From positions 367,642-431,641 of the forward strand of contig CAWIDS010000001.1 of assembly GCA_963834935.1 (NCBI GenBank): a stretch of DNA of 64,000 nucleotides, in the 5' to 3' direction. Within the stretch, counting starts at the first letter, position 1, and every line of letters begins with the position of its first letter. A program made the translations under genes and the position numbers. A model generated the notes under the pieces. That model made no database searches and was not told the origin of the DNA. It was given only the letters and a program-made list of their open reading frames with translations. Of this stretch, positions 9,413 through 18,446 are shown in pieces. This DNA is from Candidatus Nomurabacteria bacterium (GTDB lineage Bacteria; Patescibacteriota; Minisyncoccia; Phycocordibacterales; CALRBL01).

Positions 9413-10900
9413 ATGCCTTCGGCAAAGCTTTATTCTTTCATTTGCAGCTTTCTGTGCGGAGTAGCCGTTGCTAGCGCGTGGCGTGTCCCTTGGCAGCTGT
9501 CAGCATTGATGATTTCTACCCTTTTGTCATTGATGATTGCTGAAAGGAAGTTTCGGAATGTCATATTAATAGGATTGATCTTATTTTTTATAGGCATTCT
9601 TCGCTTGGATATCAACCAACTGATGAATAAGCCACTTCTTGATCCTTATGCCGGAAAAACATTCTCAGGAAAGGGTATCGTCATCGATGAGCCGGGCGAG
9701 GCGGATCATTACACGGAAATTGCGGTTAGTCTCGAGGGTATTAAAAAGACGCAGAATATCATCATAAAGTATGGAGGGAATGAGCGTGTCGGATACGGCG
9801 ACGAGATTTCCTTCTCAGGCACGCTGAAGAAGCCCCAGTCATTTGTCGCTGACAATGGTAGGATATTTGATTATCCGCACTATTTAGCCAAGGATTCCAT
9901 CTTTTATATCATTTCCACCTCGCATATCCGGCTGATCGGAAGGAATAAGGGAAATATGCTGAAAGCTTTTCTTTTCAAGGCGAAGCAGTCTTTCATAAAT
10001 CATATCGAATATGTCATTCCAGCGCCGGAGTCGTCGCTTCTTGGCGGCCTGACTGTCGCAGGCAAGCAGCTTCTCGGTGTGACTTTGGAAGATGAATACA
10101 AGATGGTAGGTCTCATTCATGTGGTCGTGCTTTCCGGATACAATGTAACTATCGTCGCTGAGGCGCTCGTCGCTTTGTTGTCGTTTCTTCCTTCTTTCAT
10201 AAGCTATGGCAGCGGAATCATAGGAATCATTCTCTTCTCGATCATGGCTGGAGGAAGTTCGACTATCATTCGCGCCGCAATAATGTCCATCATCGCCCTT
10301 ATAGGGAAACTGAACTACAAGAAGTATGATGTCTTGCGCGCCTTGATGATATCGGCAGGCCTGATGGCTTTTGCCAATCCGCTGATACTTGCCTATGATC
10401 CCTCGTTCCAACTCAGCTTCCTCGCGACGCTCGGCCTGATCCTTTTTTCTCCACACGTCCAGGATTTCTTGGAAAAAAGAGCGCGCGTCTCTCCTTCATC
10501 TTCTTTCGGACAAGTTCTTTCTTCGACTATCGCTACGCAGCTTTTTCTTTTGCCGTACCTGATATATTCGAATGGAGCGCTTTCTATCGTCGCCTTGCCT
10601 GCCAATCTTCTGGTGGTTTCTTTCGTTCCTCTGACCATGCTTTTCGGTTTCATCGCCGCTTCCACTTCCTATGTCTCCATTGTCCTGTCCTATCCGTTTG
10701 CTTTCATTTCTTTTGTGCTTCTGCGATACCAGCTTCGGATCGTAGGCATCTTCTCGTCTATCCCTTATGCCTCGGTCTCGGTGGGATCAATTCCGCTATG
10801 GCTGGTATTCTTATGCTACGTCATCTTCATCCTCGTCAAGTGTAAGAATCAAATTCTTCAGACGTCTGTTGGATTCAGGTCGAATATTAGTAAGCTTTAA
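9413..10900 (+). CDS. comEC: DNA internalization competence protein ComEC/Rec2 (DUF4131 plus competence domain, no C-terminal MBL domain)
   Basis: Polytopic membrane protein with the HVVVLSGYNVTIV motif typical of the ComEC competence domain. The OB-like N-terminal region follows the first TM helices. Length is 495 aa. Confidence 0.75.
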   Translation: MPSAKLYSFICSFLCGVAVASAWRVPWQLSALMISTLLSLMIAERKFRNVILIGLILFFIGILRLDINQLMNKPLLDPYAGKTFSGKGIVIDEPGEADHYTEIAVSLEGIKKTQNIIIKYGGNERVGYGDEISFSGTLKKPQSFVADNGRIFDYPHYLAKDSIFYIISTSHIRLIGRNKGNMLKAFLFKAKQSFINHIEYVIPAPESSLLGGLTVAGKQLLGVTLEDEYKMVGLIHVVVLSGYNVTIVAEALVALLSFLPSFISYGSGIIGIILFSIMAGGSSTIIRAAIMSIIALIGKLNYKKYDVLRALMISAGLMAFANPLILAYDPSFQLSFLATLGLILFSPHVQDFLEKRARVSPSSSFGQVLSSTIATQLFLLPYLIYSNGALSIVALPANLLVVSFVPLTMLFGFIAASTSYVSIVLSYPFAFISFVLLRYQLRIVGIFSSIPYASVSVGSIPLWLVFLCYVIFILVKCKNQILQTSVGFRSNISKL

Positions 10901-10916
10901 AAAACAAAAACATCAT

Positions 10917-11108
10917 ATGATATGGCAACACTGGGTTAACTTTATTGTCGGAGTGTGGCTTATCCTGTCTGCGTCATTCGGCGTTTCCCTCGGAAGCATG
11001 ACGACCAACTTGGCTGTCTCTGGAATAGTGGTCGCCGTCTTGTCTCTCTGGGGAGCATTGGCCAACCAGTCAGAATATAGCAGGATGGGAGGACATAGGC
11101 ATGCATAA
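10917..11108 (+). CDS. Small membrane protein, SPW-repeat-like
   Basis: ATG at 10917 gives MIWQHWVNFIVGVWLILSASFGVSLG, which resembles the WxxxGxWLIxSPW motif, followed by a second TM helix. The longer ORF upstream overlaps comEC. Confidence 0.35.
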   Translation: MIWQHWVNFIVGVWLILSASFGVSLGSMTTNLAVSGIVVAVLSLWGALANQSEYSRMGGHRHA

Positions 11109-11152
11109 GCTGAAGATATTCAATTAAAAACGGGGCAAGGGGCTCCGTTTTT

Positions 11153-11734
11153 TTATTTTGTGAATCTTTTCTCAACGGTTGCCCAATTGAGATTTTCGAA
11201 GAAAGCATCGATGTATTTCTTCTTATCCCCAGGCACGTAATCGAAAAGGTATGAATGTTCCCACATGTCGAGAGCGAGGATGATGTCGACGCTGTTTAGT
11301 TGTCCGAGATGTTGTTCATCCACCCACGAGTGCACGAGGCGATCGTTCTTCTTGTCGTATGAAAGGATTGCCCAACCGATGCCTCGAGTGAGAGCGATCG
11401 CCTTGAAGCGCGCAAGCCATGCGTCGAATGATCCCCATTCGGCGGCAAGAGCTTCCTTGAGGGAAGAGATGTCCTGATTTGCTCCGCCTTCGAATTGCTC
11501 GAAATAATATTCGTGATTCTTCATTCCGCAGAATTCGAAACCGAAGCGCCTCTGCATCTCGCTGATGGCATACGAATTCTTTTCAGGATCCGCGCCGAGC
11601 TCATTTATCTTCTCGATGATGAGGTTTGCATGCTTCACGTAGCCAGTGTAGAGCTTTATGTGTTCGTCGATCGTTTTCGCCGATATTCCTTTAAGTTCAG
11701 GAATAGTAAAAGTCCTTGCTTCAAATGTTTTCAT
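11153..11734 (-). CDS. sodA: Fe/Mn superoxide dismutase
   Basis: DMWEHSYLFDY and GIGWAIL match the Fe/Mn-SOD metal-ligand regions. Length is 193 aa. Confidence 0.85.
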   Translation of the reverse strand: MKTFEARTFTIPELKGISAKTIDEHIKLYTGYVKHANLIIEKINELGADPEKNSYAISEMQRRFGFEFCGMKNHEYYFEQFEGGANQDISSLKEALAAEWGSFDAWLARFKAIALTRGIGWAILSYDKKNDRLVHSWVDEQHLGQLNSVDIILALDMWEHSYLFDYVPGDKKKYIDAFFENLNWATVEKRFTK

Positions 11735-11775
11735 ATTTTTTAAGGTTAGCTGATAAGTACAGCTAGTATATCAAA

Positions 11776-12018
11776 TTAGATCAAACCTGCTTCTTTGAGC
11801 GTGGCAAAAGCGCCTTTTTTCTGGATAGTCTTGATAGCCTTGGTTGAAAGTGTGAGAGTGATGCTTTTCTGGAGCTCAGGAACAAAGATCTTCTTTTTCT
11901 GAAGATTGGCATAGCGTCGTCGCATTCCGGTAGGGTTGAACTGGGTAGCACGAGTGCGGTTTGAGTATCCGCCTCCGTTGATGCTTCCTTTATTTGTTAC
12001 TGCGCATGTTTTGGCCAT
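11776..12018 (-). CDS. rpmB: 50S ribosomal protein L28
   Basis: MAKTCAVTNKGSINGG..RTRATQFNPTGMRRR matches the L28 N-terminal pattern. The protein is small and basic. Confidence 0.85.
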   Translation of the reverse strand: MAKTCAVTNKGSINGGGYSNRTRATQFNPTGMRRRYANLQKKKIFVPELQKSITLTLSTKAIKTIQKKGAFATLKEAGLI

Positions 12019-12051
12019 AAGTGAGAGTCATGCTAACATATCTTCCATATT

Positions 12052-12675
12052 ATGCAAGGTACCCTTACAGACACCATTTTCTATATAATCGTCCTTATTT
12101 TCTCTATTGTCGTCCATGAAGTATCACATGGACTGATGGCTCAAAGGCTTGGCGACAAGACCGCTGAGTACGAGGGAAGGCTTACTTTAAACCCTATTCC
12201 GCACATTGATCTCGTCGGTTCCATCATCTTGCCACTGATTCTTATCCTTTCTGGATCGCCTATCTTGGTTGGCTGGGCGAAGCCAGTTCCTTATAATCCA
12301 TACAATTTCTACGATAAGCCCTGGATCAAGAAATGGGGAGAAGCGTTGGTTGCTATTGCCGGTCCTGCATCAAATATAGCCATAGCCCTTTTTTTCGGCC
12401 TTTTTCTGCGTTTTTTTAATCTTCTCCCCGCTGCAACGCCTCTTATTCAGACCATCATCTTAGTCAATATCGTCTTGGCGACATTTAATCTCGTTCCGCT
12501 CCCACCTCTCGACGGATCGAAGATCCTCTTCGCCTTCTTTCCGCTTCCGTGGGCACGTTTTCGCTTCCTTCTCGAGAAGCATTCTTTGGTTATCTCGCTC
12601 ATATTCATCCTTTTCTTGTGGCAGTTTTTTTCGCCTTTGATTTTCATTATTTATAGATTTATAGTAGGTGCATAA
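12052..12675 (+). CDS. Site-2 protease family (peptidase M50-like) membrane metalloprotease
   Basis: HExxH (VVHEVSHGLMA) sits inside the first TM helix, and the protein is polytopic and hydrophobic. Confidence 0.55.
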   Translation: MQGTLTDTIFYIIVLIFSIVVHEVSHGLMAQRLGDKTAEYEGRLTLNPIPHIDLVGSIILPLILILSGSPILVGWAKPVPYNPYNFYDKPWIKKWGEALVAIAGPASNIAIALFFGLFLRFFNLLPAATPLIQTIILVNIVLATFNLVPLPPLDGSKILFAFFPLPWARFRFLLEKHSLVISLIFILFLWQFFSPLIFIIYRFIVGA

Positions 12676-12917
12676 AATTTTTAAAGCAATAAAAAACCGT
12701 CACAAGCTTGTTTTGTGACGGGAGTGATAGTAGTGAGAAGTCAGAGCCTCACTTCCTGGACCTTGGGGAAGTAAGTTTTTTCTCCAGGTTATCGCGAAAT
12801 TGTCTCACGCTACCAAGGGCAGTTGCCGCAAAGTCATTGTAACCCATGGAGTGTTCCATTTCCAGCTGTTTATGCAATACGACAAAAGGTTAACATGTAA
12901 AAAAATTAGCCAATATG

Positions 12918-12946
12918 TTGCGTATTATAAGGTTGTATAGTATAGT
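12918..12946 (+). promoter_or_regulatory. Promoter-like element upstream of rpsL (TTGCGT-N17-TATAGT)
   Basis: TTGCGT at 12918–12923 and TATAGT at 12941–12946. It lies about 130 nt upstream of the rpsL start. Confidence 0.4.
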
Positions 12947-13076
12947 CTCCCTCACGTGTTCGGCCCCTTCGCGAATGCTTATTATCAAGAAGATAAGAAT
13001 GAGTAACTGACCTCTCGCACTAAGCGGAAGGGATGTGAAAACGCAGTCTTATCAAACCGTAACAAAAAAATTAACA

Positions 13077-13493
13077 ATGCCTACAGTCAACCAACTAGTG
13101 AAGCGAAATCGCAAAAAGACAGCTCGAAAGCCAAAAGCGGTCGCTTTGCAGCGAAGTTTTAACTCGCTCAAGAACCGTCCTCGTTTCTACCCGTCTCCTT
13201 TCAAGCGAGGTGTGTGTACAAAAGTGACCACAAAGACTCCTAAGAAGCCTAACTCAGCTATTCGAAAGATCGCCCGAGTGCGACTTACTAATGGAATGGA
13301 AGTTACTGCCTACATTCCCGGAATGGGCCACGCTCTTCAAGAGCACTCAGTGGTTCTTCTTCGAGGAGGAAAAGTGAAAGACGTCGGAATCCGATACACT
13401 ATCGTCCGAGGAAAGCTTGATGCCACAGCAGTAGATAAACGAATGAAGGGTCGAAGCATGTACGGAGCTAAGAAGCCTAAGAAAGGAAAGTAA
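13077..13493 (+). CDS. rpsL: 30S ribosomal protein S12
   Basis: [14 protein letters not shown] at the start, with a conserved S12 core including PKKPNSA and LRGG.VKD. Confidence 0.9.
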   Translation: MPTVNQLVKRNRKKTARKPKAVALQRSFNSLKNRPRFYPSPFKRGVCTKVTTKTPKKPNSAIRKIARVRLTNGMEVTAYIPGMGHALQEHSVVLLRGGKVKDVGIRYTIVRGKLDATAVDKRMKGRSMYGAKKPKKGK

Positions 13494-13510
13494 AATCTAA
13501 TTAAATATTT

Positions 13511-13981
13511 ATGCGAAGAAAAATAAAAAAACAGCCAGCTCCCGGTCCTGATGTTATCTACCAATCTGAAAAAGTTTCGAAGTTCGTCAACTACGTTATG
13601 GAACGAGGAAAGAAAGCGGTTGCTCGAAAAGTGGTTTACGATGCTTTCCAGGCTATCAAAGATAAAGAAAAAGTAGAGAATCCTCTCGAAGTCTTTGATA
13701 CAGCTCTAAAAAACACTGCTCCTTCAATGGAAGTCCGCTCACGACGAGTTGGAGGCGCCAACTATCAGGTCCCTCGAGAAGTTCGAGAAGTTCGACGAAA
13801 TTTCCTTTCAATGAAATGGATCATCGACGCCGCTCGATCAAAGAAAGGCCAGCCTATGCACTTGAAACTCGCTGATGAAATCATCCTTGCTTCAAAGAAC
13901 GAAGGTGAAGCCGTAAAGAAACGAGAAAACACTCACAAGATGGCCGAAGCCAACAAGGCTTTCGCACACTTTGCTTGGTAA
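13511..13981 (+). CDS. rpsG: 30S ribosomal protein S7
   Basis: MRRKIKKQP..DVIYQSEKVSKFVNYVM..GKK match the S7 family and it follows rpsL. Confidence 0.9.
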   Translation: MRRKIKKQPAPGPDVIYQSEKVSKFVNYVMERGKKAVARKVVYDAFQAIKDKEKVENPLEVFDTALKNTAPSMEVRSRRVGGANYQVPREVREVRRNFLSMKWIIDAARSKKGQPMHLKLADEIILASKNEGEAVKKRENTHKMAEANKAFAHFAW

Positions 13982-14093
13982 AAACTACGCTTTGTCATTT
14001 ATTTAAAATACACGCATAATTTCTGCTGAAATTTGCTCTGCTCGTGCACTGCGCAAGGTATTTTAAATAAATAACAAAGCTCCGTTCACAAAA

Positions 14094-14116
14094 AACTCCC
14101 AATGGGAGTTTTTTGT
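14094..14116 (+). terminator. Intrinsic terminator after rpsG region
   Basis: ACTCCCAATGGGAGT hairpin followed by TTTTTTGTTTTT. Confidence 0.6.
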
Positions 14117-14137
14117 TTTTGTGTTAACATTTCTGTA

Positions 14138-14257
14138 GATGAAAAAACGCTCTTGTATTTGTTGCGGAACTCAAATCGAAGAATGTATGGGTTTTTGTAA
14201 TCGCCCGAGATATACTCAAACTTTTCGAAGGAATAATTTCCGGAGAACAGATCAATG
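14138..14257 (+). CDS. Small Cys-rich (zinc-ribbon-like) peptide, 39 aa; speculative
   Basis: ATG at 14138 gives MKKRSCICCGTQIEECMGFCNRPRYTQTFRRNNFRRTDQ, with 5 Cys in CxCC..C..C spacing. It lies just downstream of an intrinsic terminator and is below the 60-aa track cutoff. Confidence 0.2.
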
Positions 14258-14318
14258 AAGTTTGCGGCAAATGTGCTCTTGGACATGAAGATGAAATCCT
14301 AACTCAACTCGGTCCTGT

Positions 14319-14831
14319 GTGACCGTTTTTTTATTTTGCTTTTTGATGGAAAAGGTGTATAAGGAATTCAGTATGTTTTTTAGTTTTGAATACTTCCTAG
14401 TGGTTTGGCTTTCCTCGTCCAAAAAAGTTCAATCTTGGTTGGTAGTCTGCTGGCTCTATGGGCGATACCAAGAAGAAGATGCTTACGAAAGTTTTCTTCG
14501 TCGCCCGCTACAGGAGATAGAGAGAATCCTAAGGGTATACGTTCTTGATGTTGAGTTTCGTCAGTTATTTTCTGTGGCGGGCTTGGGTATTGATGAAGAA
14601 AGCCGAAGTAGAAAAGGTTTTCCCTTATTCTATATTCGTATCAATCAAGATCTTGACCCAGACACTCAGCTTGAAGGACTTCTTCATGAAATACTTCATA
14701 TTGCTTGTCTTGAATACGGCGCGGTTTCTCCTGACGAAGCGAGGCTCACACAGACTGTCCAAAGAATCCTTAATCGGAAAAATAGGATAAAGATCCAAAA
14801 AATTTTTAGCCACTCAATCCAAACGGATTGA
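14319..14831 (+). CDS. Hypothetical protein with HExxH motif (possible zinc metallopeptidase-like)
   Basis: LLHEILHIACLEYG is located C-terminally. The gene is inserted between rpsG and fusA. The start codon is uncertain, with several in-frame Met. Confidence 0.4.
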   Translation: MTVFLFCFLMEKVYKEFSMFFSFEYFLVVWLSSSKKVQSWLVVCWLYGRYQEEDAYESFLRRPLQEIERILRVYVLDVEFRQLFSVAGLGIDEESRSRKGFPLFYIRINQDLDPDTQLEGLLHEILHIACLEYGAVSPDEARLTQTVQRILNRKNRIKIQKIFSHSIQTD

Positions 14832-15055
14832 GTTTTTTATTTAACGAAGAAAGCTGTCTCCTTTTGAGGGGTGACAGCTTTTGTGTTCTTGTTGCTTTCG
14901 CCGGAGTAAACTCCGACCAATTTTCGGGACGAATCCCTATTCTGGAAACTTGCGCTCCGAACCCCTTCTTTTTTTAAGTTGGTTTGGCAACAAGAACAAG
15001 TACATTCTATATTATTGAAATACCCTGTCAAATATTTTTTTTTGGGGAAATAAAA

Positions 15056-15090
15056 AACCTCACTATTTCTAGTGAGGACATCAGGAGTTT
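15056..15090 (-). terminator. Intrinsic terminator for the minus-strand nucleotidyltransferase/hypothetical gene pair
   Basis: Read on the minus strand: CCTCACTAGAAATAGTGAGG followed by TTTTTT. Confidence 0.55.
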
Positions 15091-15110
15091 TTTATTTTCA
15101 ATACACGATT

Positions 15111-15362
15111 CTATTCGACCAGTTGCCAGGTAGGAATAGAGGTACCTTCAATTGCTTGGCATTTCCATTCAGGATGCTTGGTGATCATCGCGAGCGTACC
15201 TTCGACTCCACGAGGAAGCTTTGCATCCATCAGCCGGACGTACTCTTCAGAGATGGTTTCTTTTATTTTTTGCCAGCTTTCCACCGAATGGGAATCTGGG
15301 TTTAAGGGTGAAATGACAACCGCTTGGTGGTCACCTGGCAACAAGAGAACTATTGGTTTCAT
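15111..15362 (-). CDS. Hypothetical protein
   Basis: 83-aa ORF downstream of and co-oriented with the nucleotidyltransferase gene. A minus-strand intrinsic terminator follows at about 15056–15090. Confidence 0.35.
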   Translation of the reverse strand: MKPIVLLLPGDHQAVVISPLNPDSHSVESWQKIKETISEEYVRLMDAKLPRGVEGTLAMITKHPEWKCQAIEGTSIPTWQLVE

Positions 15363-15404
15363 TCACCTCGATAGTACATAACTATCTATAATAAGTAAAA
15401 TATC

Positions 15405-16064
15405 TTATTCTAAATCCTCCGGACTCGTAATCTGCTTCCAAAAGGTTGAATAATGTATCTTTATCGGTCGATCGCCAACAGCTTTACTAAATGTCTGAGG
15501 AAGGCCGAATTCATTGCTTCCATTCAGGCGCGCCATTTCGTAATTGAAAATTTCAGGGCAGAGGACACAGGCGCCGGTATAAGTGAGATTTGAAGGAATG
15601 ATATTTTCCTTATCCTCGACGATTTCTTTGAGACAATTGTTTTCATCGACTATTATCTTTCCACCACTTCGTCTCTCTTCTGATTTGTTAACCAAGATCG
15701 CCCAGTCTTTTTCTGATACGAGTTTTTCCAAATCTTCTTTCGAATAAATGTCGTCGCCCATAAGGACGAGGAATTCTTCAGTAAGGAGTTGTTTTGCTTC
15801 GAGGAGGGAATGAGCTGTACCAAGCGCTTCTTTTTGTTCAATATAATGAACATTTCTTCCATTCCATGAATTGCCAAAATACCCCTTGATCTTGTCACCA
15901 AGATAGCCGATTACCAGTACAATATCGGTGATTTCATCGGGAAGTGCATCAAATTTATGTTCAAGTAGATTCTTTCCTTTATACACAAGCATCGGTTTTG
16001 GGGTGGCAATACTCAAATCTCCCATCCTTTTTCCTTTCCCAGCAGCCAGTATTACGCATTTCAT
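15405..16064 (-). CDS. Sugar-phosphate nucleotidyltransferase (NTP_transferase fold)
   Basis: MKCVILAAGKGKRM is the G-rich N-terminal pyrophosphorylase motif (L-x2-G-x-G-T-R-M pattern), with later YIEQKEALGTAHSL. Start is taken at the Met 6 codons into the ORF. Confidence 0.7.
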   Translation of the reverse strand: MKCVILAAGKGKRMGDLSIATPKPMLVYKGKNLLEHKFDALPDEITDIVLVIGYLGDKIKGYFGNSWNGRNVHYIEQKEALGTAHSLLEAKQLLTEEFLVLMGDDIYSKEDLEKLVSEKDWAILVNKSEERRSGGKIIVDENNCLKEIVEDKENIIPSNLTYTGACVLCPEIFNYEMARLNGSNEFGLPQTFSKAVGDRPIKIHYSTFWKQITSPEDLE

Positions 16065-16079
16065 TATCGAAGATGATAT

Positions 16080-16200
16080 CACACAGCTCTGGAAGTCGGT
16101 TATTTTCTTGTTCTGCTTTTATGTAGCGTTTAGGATATCCTTCCGTTCAAGCGTAGTAAAAGTACGAAGAAGAAAATAACCGACTTCCAGAGCTGTGTGA
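16080..16200. repeat. 31-bp perfect inverted repeat (arms 16080–16110 and 16170–16200) with 59-bp spacer, between divergent nucleotidyltransferase gene and fusA
   Basis: TCACACAGCTCTGGAAGTCGGTTATTTTCTT ... AAGAAAATAACCGACTTCCAGAGCTGTGTGA; the arms are exact reverse complements. Confidence 0.8.
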
Positions 16201-16255
16201 TTGCGTATTTCCCCAAATAATGTTATTTTTCTCCTACTACTAATTAATTATATTT

Positions 16256-18397
16256 ATGAATCGCGACTATCCCCTTGAACGAGTACGTAACTTTGGAATC
16301 ATAGCCCACATCGACGCCGGAAAAACCACAACTTCCGAGCGAATTTTGTATTACACAGGTATGTCACACAAGATCGGCGAGGTGCACGAAGGGGAAGCAA
16401 CCACCGACTGGATGGAACAGGAAAAGGAACGAGGAATCACCATCACTGCGGCTGCCATCACTTGTTTTTGGACACCTACCTACTTAGGTGCTGACAAGAC
16501 TCAAATGCATCGATTCAACATCATCGATACGCCTGGTCACGTAGACTTCACAGTGGAAGTGGAACGATCTCTCAAAGTGCTCGACGGAGGAGTCGTCGTA
16601 TTCGACGGAGTTGCCGGCGTAGAGCCACAATCCGAGACAGTATGGCGACAGGCCGACAAATATCACGTACCTCGAATCTGCTTCATCAACAAGCTTGACC
16701 GAACAGGAGGATCGTTCGAACGATCATTCCAGTCAATTATCGACCGACTCACTAAGAAAGCGGTCCGAATGCAGCTTCCTATCGGTGAAGAAGGGGCTTT
16801 TGAAGAAGTCATAGACCTCTTAAAAATGAAGGCCTATGCCTTTGAAGGGGATATGGGTAACAAGATCATCGAAAAAGATATCCCTGAATCACATATGGCT
16901 GATGCTGTTAAATACCGAGCAGAACTTGTTGAGAAAATCGTTGAACACGATGACGAAGCGATGACAGATTTCCTTGAAGGAAAGGAAATCGAAATCGACC
17001 GATTGAAGAAGATTCTTCGAAAGGCAACTATTGCAAATCATATTTTTCCTGTATTCACCGGATCTGCCCTCAAGAATAGGGGTGTACAGCTTGTTCTCGA
17101 CGCCGTCGTTGAATATCTTCCATCTCCTCTCGATATTCCTCCAGTGAAGGGAATCGATCCTAATACCGACGAAGAAACATTCCGAAAGCCGTCAGATGAA
17201 GAGCCTTTTGCCGCTCTTGCTTTCAAACTTCAGTCAGATCCATTCGTCGGACAGCTCACTTTCTTCCGTGTTTACTCAGGAACGATCGAAGCTGGTTCAT
17301 ATATATACAACTCAACAACAGGTCAGAAGGAACGACTCGGACGAATCGTACGACTTCAAGCCAATAAGCGTGAAGAAGTGAAAAAAGTCTTCGCAGGAGA
17401 AATCGCCGCAGCCGTAGGACTGAAAGATGCGAAGACTTCGCACACATTTTGTGATGAAGCTCATCCGATCATCCTTGATCCAATCAAATTCGCTGAACCG
17501 GTGGTATCTCTTCGTATCGAACCCGCAACTAAAGCTGATCAGGAAAAAATGGGTATGGCTCTCAAGAAGCTTTCAGATGAAGATCCTACATTCCGAATCT
17601 CTTCAAACCCTGAAACGATGGAAACTATCATCTCCGGAATGGGAGAGCTTCACCTCGAAATCATGGTAGACCGAATGAAGAGGGAATTCAGCGTCAATGC
17701 GAACGTCGGCAAGCCTCAGGTAGCCTATCGAGAGACGATTCTTGGTTCTGCCGAAGAAGAATATAAATATATCAAGCAGTCAGGAGGAAAGGGACAGTAT
17801 GGTCACGTCAAGATTATTATCAAGCCGATGGAACCTCTTGTTGAAGGAGCCAAAATTCCAAAGAACGTAAAGCGTTATGAAGACTTCGAATTCATCGACA
17901 GCATCAAGGGAGGAGTCATTCCTCAGGAGTTCATTCCAGCCGTTGAAAAGGGTGTACGTGAAGCGATGGAGCGCGGAATCTCCGCTGGTTTCAAAATGGT
18001 CAACATTTCCTGCGAACTTATTTTCGGTTCATACCACGATGTGGACTCGTCCGAAATCGCCTACAAGATCGCCGCTTCCCAAGCATTCCAAGCTGCTGCC
18101 AAAAAAGCCCGTCCCGTCATTCTCGAGCCGATCATGAAAGTGGAAGTGGTCGTTCCGGAGAAATTCATGGGAGACATCACCGGAAACTTGAACTCAAAGC
18201 GTGCTCAGATTGAAGGAATGGAAGATCGAAACCTTCTGAAGGTCATCAAGGCCAAGGTGCCACTTTCTGAAATGTTCGGTTACACTACTACTCTTCGGTC
18301 AATGACTGAAGGACGAGGAAGCGCAACCATGGAATTCGACCACTACGATGTCGTTCCTCCTCATGTCGCTTCGACTATTGCTGAAGCGAGGAAATAA
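16256..18397 (+). CDS. fusA: Elongation factor G
   Basis: [20 protein letters not shown] and DTPGHVDF G-domain motifs. Length 713 aa. Confidence 0.95.
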   Translation: MNRDYPLERVRNFGIIAHIDAGKTTTSERILYYTGMSHKIGEVHEGEATTDWMEQEKERGITITAAAITCFWTPTYLGADKTQMHRFNIIDTPGHVDFTVEVERSLKVLDGGVVVFDGVAGVEPQSETVWRQADKYHVPRICFINKLDRTGGSFERSFQSIIDRLTKKAVRMQLPIGEEGAFEEVIDLLKMKAYAFEGDMGNKIIEKDIPESHMADAVKYRAELVEKIVEHDDEAMTDFLEGKEIEIDRLKKILRKATIANHIFPVFTGSALKNRGVQLVLDAVVEYLPSPLDIPPVKGIDPNTDEETFRKPSDEEPFAALAFKLQSDPFVGQLTFFRVYSGTIEAGSYIYNSTTGQKERLGRIVRLQANKREEVKKVFAGEIAAAVGLKDAKTSHTFCDEAHPIILDPIKFAEPVVSLRIEPATKADQEKMGMALKKLSDEDPTFRISSNPETMETIISGMGELHLEIMVDRMKREFSVNANVGKPQVAYRETILGSAEEEYKYIKQSGGKGQYGHVKIIIKPMEPLVEGAKIPKNVKRYEDFEFIDSIKGGVIPQEFIPAVEKGVREAMERGISAGFKMVNISCELIFGSYHDVDSSEIAYKIAASQAFQAAAKKARPVILEPIMKVEVVVPEKFMGDITGNLNSKRAQIEGMEDRNLLKVIKAKVPLSEMFGYTTTLRSMTEGRGSATMEFDHYDVVPPHVASTIAEARK

Positions 18398-18413
18398 ACG
18401 AAATTAAAATAAA

Positions 18414-18446
18414 AAAGAGACCGAGGCGTGAGCCTCGGTCTTTTGG
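18414..18446. terminator. Bidirectional intrinsic terminator between fusA and a convergent minus-strand ORF
   Basis: The GACCGAGGC-GTGA-GCCTCGGTC hairpin has an A-tract upstream and a T-tract downstream. Confidence 0.65.

Noticed and set aside
14086-14286. 66-aa minus-strand ORF
   Set aside because: Featureless. It overlaps a plus-strand terminator and the Cys-rich mini-ORF. Neither is strongly supported, so only the mini-ORF is flagged, at low confidence.
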